Of a stretch of DNA of 64,000 nt, positions 36,485 to 49,436 are shown piece after piece. The notes below the pieces were generated by a model, which did not search any database, was not told the origin of the DNA, and worked only from the letters and a program-made list of their open reading frames with translations. This stretch comes from Elusimicrobiota bacterium (GTDB lineage Bacteria; Elusimicrobiota; Elusimicrobia; Elusimicrobiales; UBA9959). The translations under genes and the position numbers were made by a program. Positions within the stretch are counted from its first letter, which is position 1, and each line of letters opens with the position of its first letter. The stretch covers positions 97,671 through 161,670 of the forward strand of contig DMES01000077.1 in assembly GCA_003450815.1 (NCBI GenBank). Direction: 5' to 3'.

Positions 36485-37405
36485 CTAGTTTTTTAGAATA
36501 ATTTCGTTAAAATCCGCGCCAAGAACCACCGAAACTTCCGCGACATAGCCCGCTTTAGGCTTTGAATATATTTCCAGCCCTGTAAGCCCCAAAGCCGAGC
36601 GCACTGCCCTGGCCGCCTCCATATTGCCTGAACAGTTTACTATTTTTGTCTGTCCGGCCGCACGCTCATAAGTCCCGAAATTTATAACGTCAAAACCCTT
36701 TTTCCGCAGGTATTTGGTGACCTTCACGGCAAGGTCTTTTTTTCCGGAAGCGTTCAAAACCTCCACCCGGACAACCGCGGCCGGAACTCCGGTTTCACTG
36801 TTTGTGCTACCCCCAGTTTCATTCGCGCCGAAGTTCTCCGACGCTACTGCGCGTAAAACACTGCGTTCAAAATCCGTAATAATAAAATTGGAGGAATTAA
36901 GGCGTGATAATTCCAGAACCGCCAGCAAAAGATCGTGAAAGGAAATATTGGTGCGTTCCTCTTTTTTAAGCAGCCAAAGCCGGCGGGCGACTTCAAAAAA
37001 AAGTCTGGGCCTGGAACGCCAGGAATTAAGCATCGCGTAAAACGCTCCTAAATCATCCCCCACACATCCGGAATGTGTGGGGTCGTCTGTTGCGAGATAA
37101 AGAACATCTTCCCTTTGGCCCGGAATTTTACCGGAAACCAGGGCCAGCGCCGCGCAGGCCTTTTGATAATTTGAGCCGCCGTTTTTCAGCCGCGCAGGAG
37201 GCAGGTTTATCACGGTTATGGTTTTTGAAAAGGCGTGATAAATAAAAACCTTGGGCGCCCTGTCGCTGATAAGAGCTATTTCAAGATCGCGGTTGGCGGC
37301 AAGCCTGGGGGCCACACCGGATAAATAATGCGCCGCTACCAGCCCCAAGCATAAGGCGAGTCCAAACGCCAGCATCAGTCTTTCTTTGTTTGGTGAAGTT
37401 TCCAT
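36485..37405 (-). CDS. LytR_C domain-containing membrane-anchored protein
   Basis: N-terminal TM helix. The C-terminus VRVEVLNASGKKDLAVKVTKYLRKKGFDV...GADF matches the LytR C-terminal domain pattern. Confidence 0.6.
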   Translation of the reverse strand: METSPNKERLMLAFGLALCLGLVAAHYLSGVAPRLAANRDLEIALISDRAPKVFIYHAFSKTITVINLPPARLKNGGSNYQKACAALALVSGKIPGQREDVLYLATDDPTHSGCVGDDLGAFYAMLNSWRSRPRLFFEVARRLWLLKKEERTNISFHDLLLAVLELSRLNSSNFIITDFERSVLRAVASENFGANETGGSTNSETGVPAAVVRVEVLNASGKKDLAVKVTKYLRKKGFDVINFGTYERAAGQTKIVNCSGNMEAARAVRSALGLTGLEIYSKPKAGYVAEVSVVLGADFNEIILKN

Positions 37406-38526
37406 TGAATTTTCAGGGTTATGGGATGCCGCCAGAAACCGCTCATAGCCGCATGTTTGAGTTTAACATAATTTGCCGCCCGAAAAGCCGCGTCAAGGTC
37501 CCGCCGCGCAACACGCCCTGTTTTTTCCGCCTCCGGAAACCCCCTGCCCTCCGCCGCAAGGTCGGCCACATAGATTATCTTTGACAGCGCGTCCATGCGC
37601 ACAGCTCCCAGGGTATGCAGGGAGATAGCCCGCAAAACAGCTTTCTCGCGCACCCCGAAACGCTCTGCGGCAAGTCTTGCGGAAGCGTAGGAGTGCAGGA
37701 GTACCGGCGCGTGGCCGACCGTCGCATTGAACCAGGGAACTTTCAGCCTTTTTGCAATGGCATAGCGTATAAGGCGGTTTTTTTTAAAATCCCTGGCGGC
37801 GTCATGCAAAAGCCCTGCGAGCGCGGCCTGCCGCGGGTTTTCCCCGTATTTGCCGGCAAGCTCCGCCGCCAATCTGGCCACCGCCAGACAATGAGAATAC
37901 CTCGCCGGGGTAAGCAAAGTCTTCAAAAGCCGTCTTTCCCTCAGAAAATAAAGCCCTTTTTTCTCTATATAACCGTTTACCGGCCCGGCAAGAAAGCGGC
38001 TATGGTCTCCCACTAATAACGCTGCCCGCAAAAAAGTGGAGGAAACCTCCGGAAAAATTCCCTCAAGCCGCTCAAACGGAACACCCGACGGATTTTTCAG
38101 CGGAAACCCGTTGCGCGCGCCAACGAGCAACACGGCGTTTTTAATGATGCCGCGGTAATTTTTCCATCTACCGAAACCGGCCAGGCAGTCCGAACCCATC
38201 AGGAAATAAATTTTCTTTCTGGGATGCAGGCGCCTGAAATACCTTATGGTCTTAAAAGTGTAGGAAAGGCAGTCCCTGTTTCCTTCAAAACGGCTTATCC
38301 TGACATGCTCCAGGCCGACGCCCCGCAGGGCCAGTTTCGTCATTTTAAAACGATCATTAAATGAAACGGGGACGGGTTCTTTAAAAGGAGCCTTGAACGC
38401 CGGCGCCACATAACTCCGGCTCGGCTTTATTTTTTTGATGGCTGCCTTCAACAGGGCCGCGTGTCCCCTGTGCGGCGGGTCAAAACTGCCGCCGTAAACG
38501 ATAATAGTTTCTCTGGTCTGGTTCAT
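37375..38526 (-). CDS. nadD: Nicotinate-nucleotide adenylyltransferase fused to a YqeK-type HD phosphohydrolase
   Basis: The N-terminus has YGGSFDPPHRGH, the NadD (H/T)xGH motif. The C-terminus has YSHCLAVARLA...GLLHDAARD, an HD domain. Confidence 0.85.
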   Translation of the reverse strand: MNQTRETIIVYGGSFDPPHRGHAALLKAAIKKIKPSRSYVAPAFKAPFKEPVPVSFNDRFKMTKLALRGVGLEHVRISRFEGNRDCLSYTFKTIRYFRRLHPRKKIYFLMGSDCLAGFGRWKNYRGIIKNAVLLVGARNGFPLKNPSGVPFERLEGIFPEVSSTFLRAALLVGDHSRFLAGPVNGYIEKKGLYFLRERRLLKTLLTPARYSHCLAVARLAAELAGKYGENPRQAALAGLLHDAARDFKKNRLIRYAIAKRLKVPWFNATVGHAPVLLHSYASARLAAERFGVREKAVLRAISLHTLGAVRMDALSKIIYVADLAAEGRGFPEAEKTGRVARRDLDAAFRAANYVKLKHAAMSGFWRHPITLKIQWKLHQTKKD

Positions 38527-38685
38527 GTCTCCGTCGGCCAGGCGGCTAAGGCTAAATGCTCCGCCGGCCGGCTAATTTAGTATAATACACTTCAGCCCGC
38601 TTTGCCAATGCCGCCCTTTTGGATACGCATTGGAACCGAAAGGGCTGGGTTGGCCCGCTGCCATCGTACGGCCAAGTGGAACTCT

Positions 38686-39423
38686 ATGGAAAACAAGAGA
38701 AATAACTGTATTATCCTGCTGGCTGAAGTGCCGGAACCGGGAAAAACCAACTGCGAACTTAAAACTTCGCTCGGCGAAGAGCGCGCCCTTCATGTATCCG
38801 GCGACCTGCTTAAAAACTCATATGCTCTCGCGAAGAATTTTAAGGACTCTATTTTGCTGATTTCCTACGAAAAAACCTCCGCCCACCCCGACCTTACCTG
38901 GCTGGATCCCGAGGACCCCGGTTTTCTAGAAACCAAGAAAAAAACCGCCGCCGAACAACTGACCGACGCTTTCACCCTTGCGTTCAATGCCGGCGCGAAA
39001 AAAGCTCTTTTTTTGAATCACCTTTCCCCCGTTGTAAAGACAGAATGGCTTTCACAGGCTTTTGACAACGCCGGAGAAAGAACCATTTCCATCGGCCGCA
39101 ATCAGGACGGCTCTTTTTACCTGCTGGCCCTGACAAAAAACAACCTTAAAACCATTTCCGGCTTTTCACCCAACGCGCCAAACACCGCGGATGAATTATC
39201 GGAAAAAGCCAAAAAGAACAAACTGGCCGTTTTCATTACGCCTGAAACTTTCGCGGTTAAAAACGAAGAAACGCTCCGGACCTGGCTTGAAACCAGAACG
39301 CAGGAGACGCCGCTTTTTTCGACTATACATCCAGCTCTTGAACAAAATCCAGCTTTAAAACACACTAAAATCCACTCCGGGAAAAACCGCAGGGGAACTC
39401 CCCAGGAAGAAAGCGGAAAATAA
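38686..39423 (+). CDS. DUF2064-like (glycosyltransferase-fold) hypothetical protein
   Basis: CIILLAEVPEPGKTNCELKTSLGEERA resembles the N-terminal motif of the DUF2064/TIGR04282 family as I recall it. The start was chosen at MENKR rather than at 38602. Confidence 0.4.
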   Translation: MENKRNNCIILLAEVPEPGKTNCELKTSLGEERALHVSGDLLKNSYALAKNFKDSILLISYEKTSAHPDLTWLDPEDPGFLETKKKTAAEQLTDAFTLAFNAGAKKALFLNHLSPVVKTEWLSQAFDNAGERTISIGRNQDGSFYLLALTKNNLKTISGFSPNAPNTADELSEKAKKNKLAVFITPETFAVKNEETLRTWLETRTQETPLFSTIHPALEQNPALKHTKIHSGKNRRGTPQEESGK

Positions 39424-39488
39424 CTCCCGGAAATTGACAGTTTCCGTGCCATAATCCCTGAAGACACCGCCCGATTGAGGATTAAAAA

Positions 39489-40817
39489 ATGATTAAAACA
39501 GAAAATATCTGCGAGCGTATTTTCGCCCTGGCAAAAGGGGTCCAGACGGAAGCTTTTATAGAGCATTCCTCCGGGGCCCTCACGCGATTCGCGGATAATG
39601 AAATTTCACAAAATGTGTACAACGACATTTCGTCCGTCAGCATACGTTTTGTGGACGCCGGAAAAACCTCCAAGGTAACGCTCAACCAGTTTGACCTGCC
39701 GGCCATTGAACGCGCCGTGAAAAGCGGGCTTGAAACGCTTAAATGGCAAAAAAAAGACAAAAATCTTCTGCCTCTGGCCGGGCCGAAACAGCTGGCCAGT
39801 AGCCGCAATGTTTTTTCCAAAGAAACCGCGGAGCTGCCTCCGCTTTACCGGGCCGGCAAAATAAACGCTCTTATAAAGGCCTGTAAGAAAACCCGGCAGA
39901 TAGCCTTTGGCACTCTTGAAAACGGCCTCACCTCCTACACCCTCGCCAACAGCCGCGGTGTTTTCGCCCGACACCGTGAAAGCTACATAAGCTACAGCGT
40001 CACGGTACGGGACAGGGACGGTTTCGGCTGGGCTGAAACACCCGCATCGAACTCCGATGACATTGATTTTGAAGCCGTCAACCGGACCGCCCGCCTGAAA
40101 GCGGCCATGAGCAGAAATCCGCGCGACATAAAACCCGGCCTTTATCCGGTCATCCTTGAGCCGGCGGCAGCGGCCGACCTTTTATCTTACCTGTGCGTTT
40201 TCGGGTTCGGGGGCCAGTTTTATAATGAGGGCTCCAGCTTTGTAAGCGGCAATCTGGGAAAAACCCTTCTGAGCCCGCGGCTTTCAATTGAGGACAACGC
40301 GCTTGACGGCCCGGCGCCGGGCATGCCTTTTGATTTTGAAGGCCAGCCCCGGAGCAGGGTGCTTCTGGTTGAAAAAGGAACGGTGAAAGCCGTGGTGCAC
40401 GACAGGAAAACTGCGGCGGCGGCCAAAACAGTTTCCACGGGCCACTCCTTGCCGCAGCCAAACGGTTTTACCCCTTTTCCGCTTAATATTTCCGTACGTA
40501 CGGGGGAAAGCTCAATTGAAGAAATGATAAAAACCTCACAAAAGGCCGTGCTGATCACACAGCTCCACTATACTAACCTCCTAAGACCGCCGGATGTGGA
40601 AATGACCGGCATGACAAGAAACGGAACCTTTCTGGTGGAAAACGGAAAAATCTCAAAGCCGCTTAAAAACCTGCGCTTCACGCAGAGCATGGTAAAAGCT
40701 TTCCGGGAAGTGGAAGCGGTGGGCCGCAAGGCCGAGCTCTGCCAGGTTTGGGGCAAGCTAAGCTGCCCGGCCTTCAAACTTAAGGCTTTTAATTTTTCCT
40801 CAGCCACAAAATTTTAG
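39489..40817 (+). CDS. pmbA: PmbA/TldE-family metalloprotease subunit
   Basis: 442 aa with the PmbA_TldD fold pattern. It is paired with a downstream gene that carries HExxxH. Confidence 0.8.
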   Translation: MIKTENICERIFALAKGVQTEAFIEHSSGALTRFADNEISQNVYNDISSVSIRFVDAGKTSKVTLNQFDLPAIERAVKSGLETLKWQKKDKNLLPLAGPKQLASSRNVFSKETAELPPLYRAGKINALIKACKKTRQIAFGTLENGLTSYTLANSRGVFARHRESYISYSVTVRDRDGFGWAETPASNSDDIDFEAVNRTARLKAAMSRNPRDIKPGLYPVILEPAAAADLLSYLCVFGFGGQFYNEGSSFVSGNLGKTLLSPRLSIEDNALDGPAPGMPFDFEGQPRSRVLLVEKGTVKAVVHDRKTAAAAKTVSTGHSLPQPNGFTPFPLNISVRTGESSIEEMIKTSQKAVLITQLHYTNLLRPPDVEMTGMTRNGTFLVENGKISKPLKNLRFTQSMVKAFREVEAVGRKAELCQVWGKLSCPAFKLKAFNFSSATKF

Positions 40818-40838
40818 GCGCTTCGCAGGGAGAAACAT

Positions 40839-42287
40839 ATGTTTGATCTGGCAAAAAAAGCTGTTGAAATAGCGAATAAGAGAAAAGCTGAGTTCGCCGA
40901 TATCCGGATAATAGAGGAAAGGCGCCAAAGCCTGAGCGTAAAAAACGGGGAAATAGCGTCCTTAAACGACCTGGTAACGCTTGGTTTCGGGGTACGCGTG
41001 CTGTACAGGGGATCATGGGGCTTTGCCTCAAGCAACCTGCTTAATTCCCGCTCTATTGAGCTTTGCACGCTTAAAGCCTTTGAAATAGCGCTGGCCGGAA
41101 CAATTATCAACGGGCGCCCGGCGCGCATGGCTCCGGAACCGGCCTGGCAGGATTTCTGGCAGACTCCGTTTATAAAAGATCCTTTCGCAGTTTCAGTTGA
41201 AGATAAACTGGCTTTGCTTTTTAAAACGAACGCGATTCTGCGTAAAAATAAAAAAATTAAATCCGCTGTATGCGACCTGAACCTAATCCGCGAACACCAG
41301 TGGCACATGACCACTGACGGCTCAAAAATAGAGCAGGTCCTGCTATCCTGCGGCGCAGGCTCTTCCGCCTCCGCTATTTCAGAAGGCGAAGTGCAGATCC
41401 GCTCTTATCCTTCCACTCATGGCGGCCAGACGCTTTCCGGAGGCTACGAGCTTATAGAAACTCTTGACCTGGCCGGAAACGCCGAACGGATACGGGAAGA
41501 GGCCTTGGCGCTTTTAACGGCCCCTCAATGCCCCTCCGGCAAAAAAGACCTTATTATAGGCGGGAACCAGCTCGCCCTGCAGATCCACGAATCCGTTGGA
41601 CACGCCACAGAACTTGACCGCGTGCTGGGTTACGAGGAATCTTTCGCGGGCTCAAGTTTCGCTACAACGGAAAAACTGGGAAAATTCCGCTACGGTTCGC
41701 CGCTCGTCAATCTGGTGGCTGACGCCACCCTTCCGGGGGGACTCGCCACCGCGGGATACGATGACGACGCGGTAAAGGCCCAGCGCTGGCATATAGTAAA
41801 AAACGGCGTTTTAACCGGCTACATGACAAACAGGGAGTTTGCGCACGCCATAGGCGCCCGGAGAAGCTGCGGCAGCTGCCGCGCCGACGGCTTCTCCAAT
41901 ATACCAATAACAAGGATCTGCAACCTCAGCCTTATGCCGGGTGATATTCCTTACGAAGAACTGATCGCCTCAACAAAAGACGGCATTTTAATGGAAAACA
42001 ACAAGTCCTGGAGCATAGACCAGAAGCGCCTTAATTTCCAATTCGGCTGCGAACTGGGCTGGCTGGTGAAAAACGGGAAAAAAACCACACTGGTTAAAAA
42101 TCCAACCTATCAGGGAATTACGCCGGAGTTCTGGAATTCCTGCGATGCTATCTCCGACGAAAACAGCTGGCGCCTTTACGGCGTAGCCAACTGCGGAAAG
42201 GGCCAACCGGGGCAGACCGCCATGATGTGCCACGGAAACAGCCCCGCCCGTTTCAGGAAAGTAAAGATTGGAGTAAAAGACAATTGA
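40839..42287 (+). CDS. tldD: TldD-family metalloprotease
   Basis: IHESVGHATELDR (HExxxH) and GNCGKGQPGQ near the C-terminus. Confidence 0.85.
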   Translation: MFDLAKKAVEIANKRKAEFADIRIIEERRQSLSVKNGEIASLNDLVTLGFGVRVLYRGSWGFASSNLLNSRSIELCTLKAFEIALAGTIINGRPARMAPEPAWQDFWQTPFIKDPFAVSVEDKLALLFKTNAILRKNKKIKSAVCDLNLIREHQWHMTTDGSKIEQVLLSCGAGSSASAISEGEVQIRSYPSTHGGQTLSGGYELIETLDLAGNAERIREEALALLTAPQCPSGKKDLIIGGNQLALQIHESVGHATELDRVLGYEESFAGSSFATTEKLGKFRYGSPLVNLVADATLPGGLATAGYDDDAVKAQRWHIVKNGVLTGYMTNREFAHAIGARRSCGSCRADGFSNIPITRICNLSLMPGDIPYEELIASTKDGILMENNKSWSIDQKRLNFQFGCELGWLVKNGKKTTLVKNPTYQGITPEFWNSCDAISDENSWRLYGVANCGKGQPGQTAMMCHGNSPARFRKVKIGVKDN

Positions 42288-42482
42288 CTTTCAGCTTAAA
42301 AAGGAATAGTATTGTTATATTAGGGTCGGTGAAACAATTTTTTAATAATTCGCCTTTTTTTATTAGTAAAAACACCTGTTTCTTTCAGGAAATAAAGTTA
42401 TTAACAGAAAAAAGCTATAAAAAACAAGACTTTTCTATTAATGGCTCAAATCTACTAACAATTGTGGACAACTTGTGGATAA
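42288..42482. promoter_or_regulatory. AT-rich region with DnaA boxes upstream of dnaA (candidate oriC part or dnaA autoregulatory region)
   Basis: ttgtggaca (42462-42470) and tgtggataa (42474-42482, the reverse complement of the consensus TTATCCACA). These are preceded by about 170 nt of A/T-rich sequence with A and T runs. Confidence 0.55.
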
Positions 42483-43842
42483 CTTAACCGATATCAAAGA
42501 AATCTGGCAGGAGTTAACAAAAAAACTTGAAGGAGAGGTTGGCCTTGAGGCCGTAGACCTTTGGATAAGGCAAATAAAACCCTTGCTTATAGAAAATGAT
42601 ACTTTAAAACTTGAGGTTCCCAACTCCACAATTTACAACACTGTCAAACAGCGTTATGAAGAAAAAATTTTAAAAATTGCCGCCGGCTTAACAGGGAAAA
42701 CTCTTTCTATCAACTATTCCATGTCAATCGCCCAGGCCGAGCCCAAACCGGCGCCGGAACCGGCGGCTGAAACCCGGCCCGCCTCCATGCGCCAGCTGAG
42801 TTTTAATCCGAACTATACCTTTGAAACCTTTGTGCGCGGGGCCTCAAACCGCTTCGCTTACGCTACGGCTGAAGGTGTCGCGAACAATCCCGGCCAGACC
42901 AATCCTTTTTTTATCTACAGCGCGCCCGGTCTCGGCAAGACGCATCTTCTTCACGCCATAGCCCACGGAATTTTTAAAAACAACCCTTCGGCCAAGATCC
43001 TTTATACCGCAAGCGAAAATTTCGTCAATGAGTATATTGACGCCGTACGCGGCAAAGCGGAAAGCGCGGAACAATTCCGCAGCAAGTACCGGAAACTGGA
43101 TTGCCTGCTTTTGGACGATATACAGTTTTTGGTGAATAAAGAGCGCAGTGAAGAGGAGTTTTTTTATACTTTCAACACCTTGTTTGAGTCAAAAAAACAA
43201 ATAGTTGTCACCTCCGACCGGCCTCCCAGGGAGCTTGCGCTGACACAGCGCCTTATTTCCCGCTTCCTTGCCGGCGGGGTGGCCGATATAAAAAACCCGG
43301 ATTTTGAAACACGCGTGGCCATACTGCGGCAGAAAAGGGATTTTCACAAATACGATATCCCTAACGACATTATAACCTTCATCGCCGAAAATGTGCGGAA
43401 GAATATAAGAGAGCTGGAAGGCTGTCTTATAACCGCCGGAAGTTTTTTTACAAGCATGAATATTCCTCCCTCAATAGACGCTGTAAAGGAAATAATAAAA
43501 GATCACATAACGGACTCCGACCAGGAGGAAAATAAAGTTGAAATAGAATTAATAAAAACCGTGGTCGGTGAAAAATTTAATATAGACGCAAAAGATTTTA
43601 ATTCAAGAAAAAAAACCGAAGCGGTGGCCTTCCCACGCCAGATAGCTATGTATCTGGCCTGTGAACTCACCGATATGTCCCTTCCGGATATCGGCGAAGC
43701 TTTCAGCCGCGACCATACCACGGTCATGTACGCCCGGGATAAAATAAGCCGTATGTTGCACACCGACGCCTTTTTTAATGAAAATGTTAATTCCATTATC
43801 GCCAGGGTAAAGGTTGTTAACAACTCGGGGAAAACGCGATAG
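42475..43842 (+). CDS. dnaA: Chromosomal replication initiator DnaA (GTG start inside a DnaA box)
   Basis: Walker A YSAPGLGKTHLLHA, LLLDDIQFL, the sensor region, and the C-terminal DNA-binding motif PRQIAMYL...DIG..F.RDHTTV. Confidence 0.95.
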   Translation: MDNLTDIKEIWQELTKKLEGEVGLEAVDLWIRQIKPLLIENDTLKLEVPNSTIYNTVKQRYEEKILKIAAGLTGKTLSINYSMSIAQAEPKPAPEPAAETRPASMRQLSFNPNYTFETFVRGASNRFAYATAEGVANNPGQTNPFFIYSAPGLGKTHLLHAIAHGIFKNNPSAKILYTASENFVNEYIDAVRGKAESAEQFRSKYRKLDCLLLDDIQFLVNKERSEEEFFYTFNTLFESKKQIVVTSDRPPRELALTQRLISRFLAGGVADIKNPDFETRVAILRQKRDFHKYDIPNDIITFIAENVRKNIRELEGCLITAGSFFTSMNIPPSIDAVKEIIKDHITDSDQEENKVEIELIKTVVGEKFNIDAKDFNSRKKTEAVAFPRQIAMYLACELTDMSLPDIGEAFSRDHTTVMYARDKISRMLHTDAFFNENVNSIIARVKVVNNSGKTR

Positions 43843-43959
43843 TTGGTTTTTTTTTGTTGAGCGTATCAGTAATAAGTAAAAAATTGTGGATAATTATCAG
43901 CTATAAAACTAACAGTATCAACATTATAAACAGCTTCATTCTTATAGAGGAGTGTTAAG
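43843..43959. promoter_or_regulatory. dnaA-dnaN intergenic AT-rich region with a consensus DnaA box (candidate oriC part)
   Basis: tgtggataa lies at 43885-43893. The surrounding sequence is strongly A/T-rich. Confidence 0.5.
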
Positions 43960-45075
43960 ATGAAAATAAATACTAATAGAGAAACCTTAATAAAGGGTAT
44001 ACAAACCATACAAGCCGGCGTTTCCTCTAAAACCGGCACTATCCCGATATTGCAAAACTTCTTAATGGAAACCGAGGAGCAGGGTTTAAAAATAATTTTC
44101 ACAGACCTTGAAATGGCGGTAAAGCACCATATAGATGTAAATATAAAAAATGAGGGCAGTATAACCATCCCTATAAAAAAATTCATGGAAATAGTCCAGA
44201 ACCTTGAAGGGGAAGCCGAGGTAAATGTTTCAGTGGACGAGACAAATAAAATAGCGATAAACAGCGGAAAATCAAAATTTAAAATAAGCGGAGCCCCAAA
44301 AAACGATTATCCTGTTATTCCCGATCTTGATGAAACGAATTCTTTTAAAATCCCGGCCGGGGTTTTGTCAGAAATGATAAGCGGCACCATCTTTTCAGCC
44401 TCAATGGAGGATGATAGGCATTTTTTAAGCGGCCTTTTATGGAAGCATGAGAAAGACGGTTTTTTTATGGTGGCCACGGATGGAAGGAGGCTTGCCTTAT
44501 CCTCAAATTATAAACTTAAGATAAAAAAAGACTTTAAGGTTATTGTTCCCTCAAAAATACTCGGTGAGCTAATTAAATTTATAAAAAGCGCCGGAATCAA
44601 TGAAAAGACAGAAGTGACGGTGGGCCTTTCTTCAAACCAGATAGGTTTTAAAGTAGAAAAAACCGTTTTTATTTCAAGGCTGGTAGAGGGAAATTTTCCC
44701 GCTTACGAGCAGATAATCCCTAAGACAAAAGAGATGTCTATTGAATTAAACTCCGAAAAATTACTGGCGGTCACCAAAAGAGCCGCTATCTGCTCAAATG
44801 AAAGGAACGGCTCGGTTAAATATGTTTTTAAAAAGGGGCTCTTATCCGTAAGTTCAGAATCGCAGAATATGAATTTTGAAGATGAACTTGAGGTGGACTA
44901 TGCAGGCACGGATTTTCAGATCAATTTTAACCCCCGCTTCGTTATAGATGTTTTAAAAAGCGCCGGGGGAAAAAATATTTTAATAGAATTTTCTACACCC
45001 GCTACGCCCGCTTTAATACGTATAGCCGGCAGCGACGCTTTTGTTTATATTATCATGCCGCTCAGGACGCAATAA
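43960..45075 (+). CDS. dnaN: DNA polymerase III beta sliding clamp
   Basis: 371 aa with the three-domain clamp pattern (e.g. RLVEGNFPAYEQIIP and a terminal MPLR). Confidence 0.95.
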   Translation: MKINTNRETLIKGIQTIQAGVSSKTGTIPILQNFLMETEEQGLKIIFTDLEMAVKHHIDVNIKNEGSITIPIKKFMEIVQNLEGEAEVNVSVDETNKIAINSGKSKFKISGAPKNDYPVIPDLDETNSFKIPAGVLSEMISGTIFSASMEDDRHFLSGLLWKHEKDGFFMVATDGRRLALSSNYKLKIKKDFKVIVPSKILGELIKFIKSAGINEKTEVTVGLSSNQIGFKVEKTVFISRLVEGNFPAYEQIIPKTKEMSIELNSEKLLAVTKRAAICSNERNGSVKYVFKKGLLSVSSESQNMNFEDELEVDYAGTDFQINFNPRFVIDVLKSAGGKNILIEFSTPATPALIRIAGSDAFVYIIMPLRTQ

Positions 45076-45113
45076 GTAAACACGTAGGAAACCGGAAGTC
45101 AGAATAATTTTTT

Positions 45114-45419
45114 ATGTTTTTAACCAGAAGAAGCTCCAATTGGACCAGAGCCTCTGAAATAAAATCTTCCTGGAAATTTCTTGGCGGCATAGACCCGGAC
45201 CGTCTGGTTATTCTTGACGCTGTCTGGAAAAAAGAGCTTGGCCGCCTGGCGCCTCACTGCCCGATTTTAGGGGTTAGCAAGAGCTGGATACTAGTAAAAG
45301 CGGATTCTTCCGTTATGGCGAACGAGCTGCTTCTGCGCGACCGGCAGCTGGTAAGAAGCCTCAACCGGTATTTCAGGAGGCCCTGGATAAAAGGCATAAG
45401 AACCGCCAGTGAGATTTAA
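45114..45419 (+). CDS. DUF721 (DciA-like) protein
   Basis: About 100 aa with W...LG.....C.ILGVSKSWILVKADSSVMANELLL. The position between dnaN and gyrB is typical for DUF721. Confidence 0.6.
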   Translation: MFLTRRSSNWTRASEIKSSWKFLGGIDPDRLVILDAVWKKELGRLAPHCPILGVSKSWILVKADSSVMANELLLRDRQLVRSLNRYFRRPWIKGIRTASEI

Positions 45420-45452
45420 AGGCCGGCGGCTAATCCGCCCCGAACGCTGTGC

Positions 45453-45500
45453 AGGCCGTCTGTAGGGCATAGCCCTTGTTACGGCACGACCATAGGTCAG
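45453..45500. repeat. Single copy of the twin ATA-loop hairpin repeat
   Basis: aggccgtctgtaGGGCataGCCCttgttacggcacGACCataGGTCag is homologous to the 46-nt units at 52485-52601, with compensatory stem changes. Confidence 0.6.
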
Positions 45501-45551
45501 ACGAAATCGCGAGCCGGGGCCGCGAGTTCAGCCGAGCGACGGCGAGGCTGA

Positions 45552-49340
<3,789 letters not shown>

Positions 49341-49414
49341 AGCTGAAGCGCTGAAGTCCTGAAGCTCTGAAGTAAAGAGCTTCTCTAAACCTTCAGCTCT
49401 TCAGCGCTTCAGCA
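49341..49414. repeat. Word-palindrome hairpin (CTGAAGnn words) between gyrB and gyrA
   Basis: The arms are agctgaagcgctgaagtcctgaagctctgaag and cttcagctcttcagcgcttcagc. The core is taaagagcttctctaaac (49373-49390). Confidence 0.75.
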
Positions 49415-49436
49415 CTGATTTTAAGGAGCAATTGAA

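Noticed and set aside
38602-38685. Upstream start (38602) for the DUF2064-like gene
   Set aside because: The extension overlaps the promoter-like TATAAT region and has no RBS. The conserved N-terminal motif begins just after MENKR.
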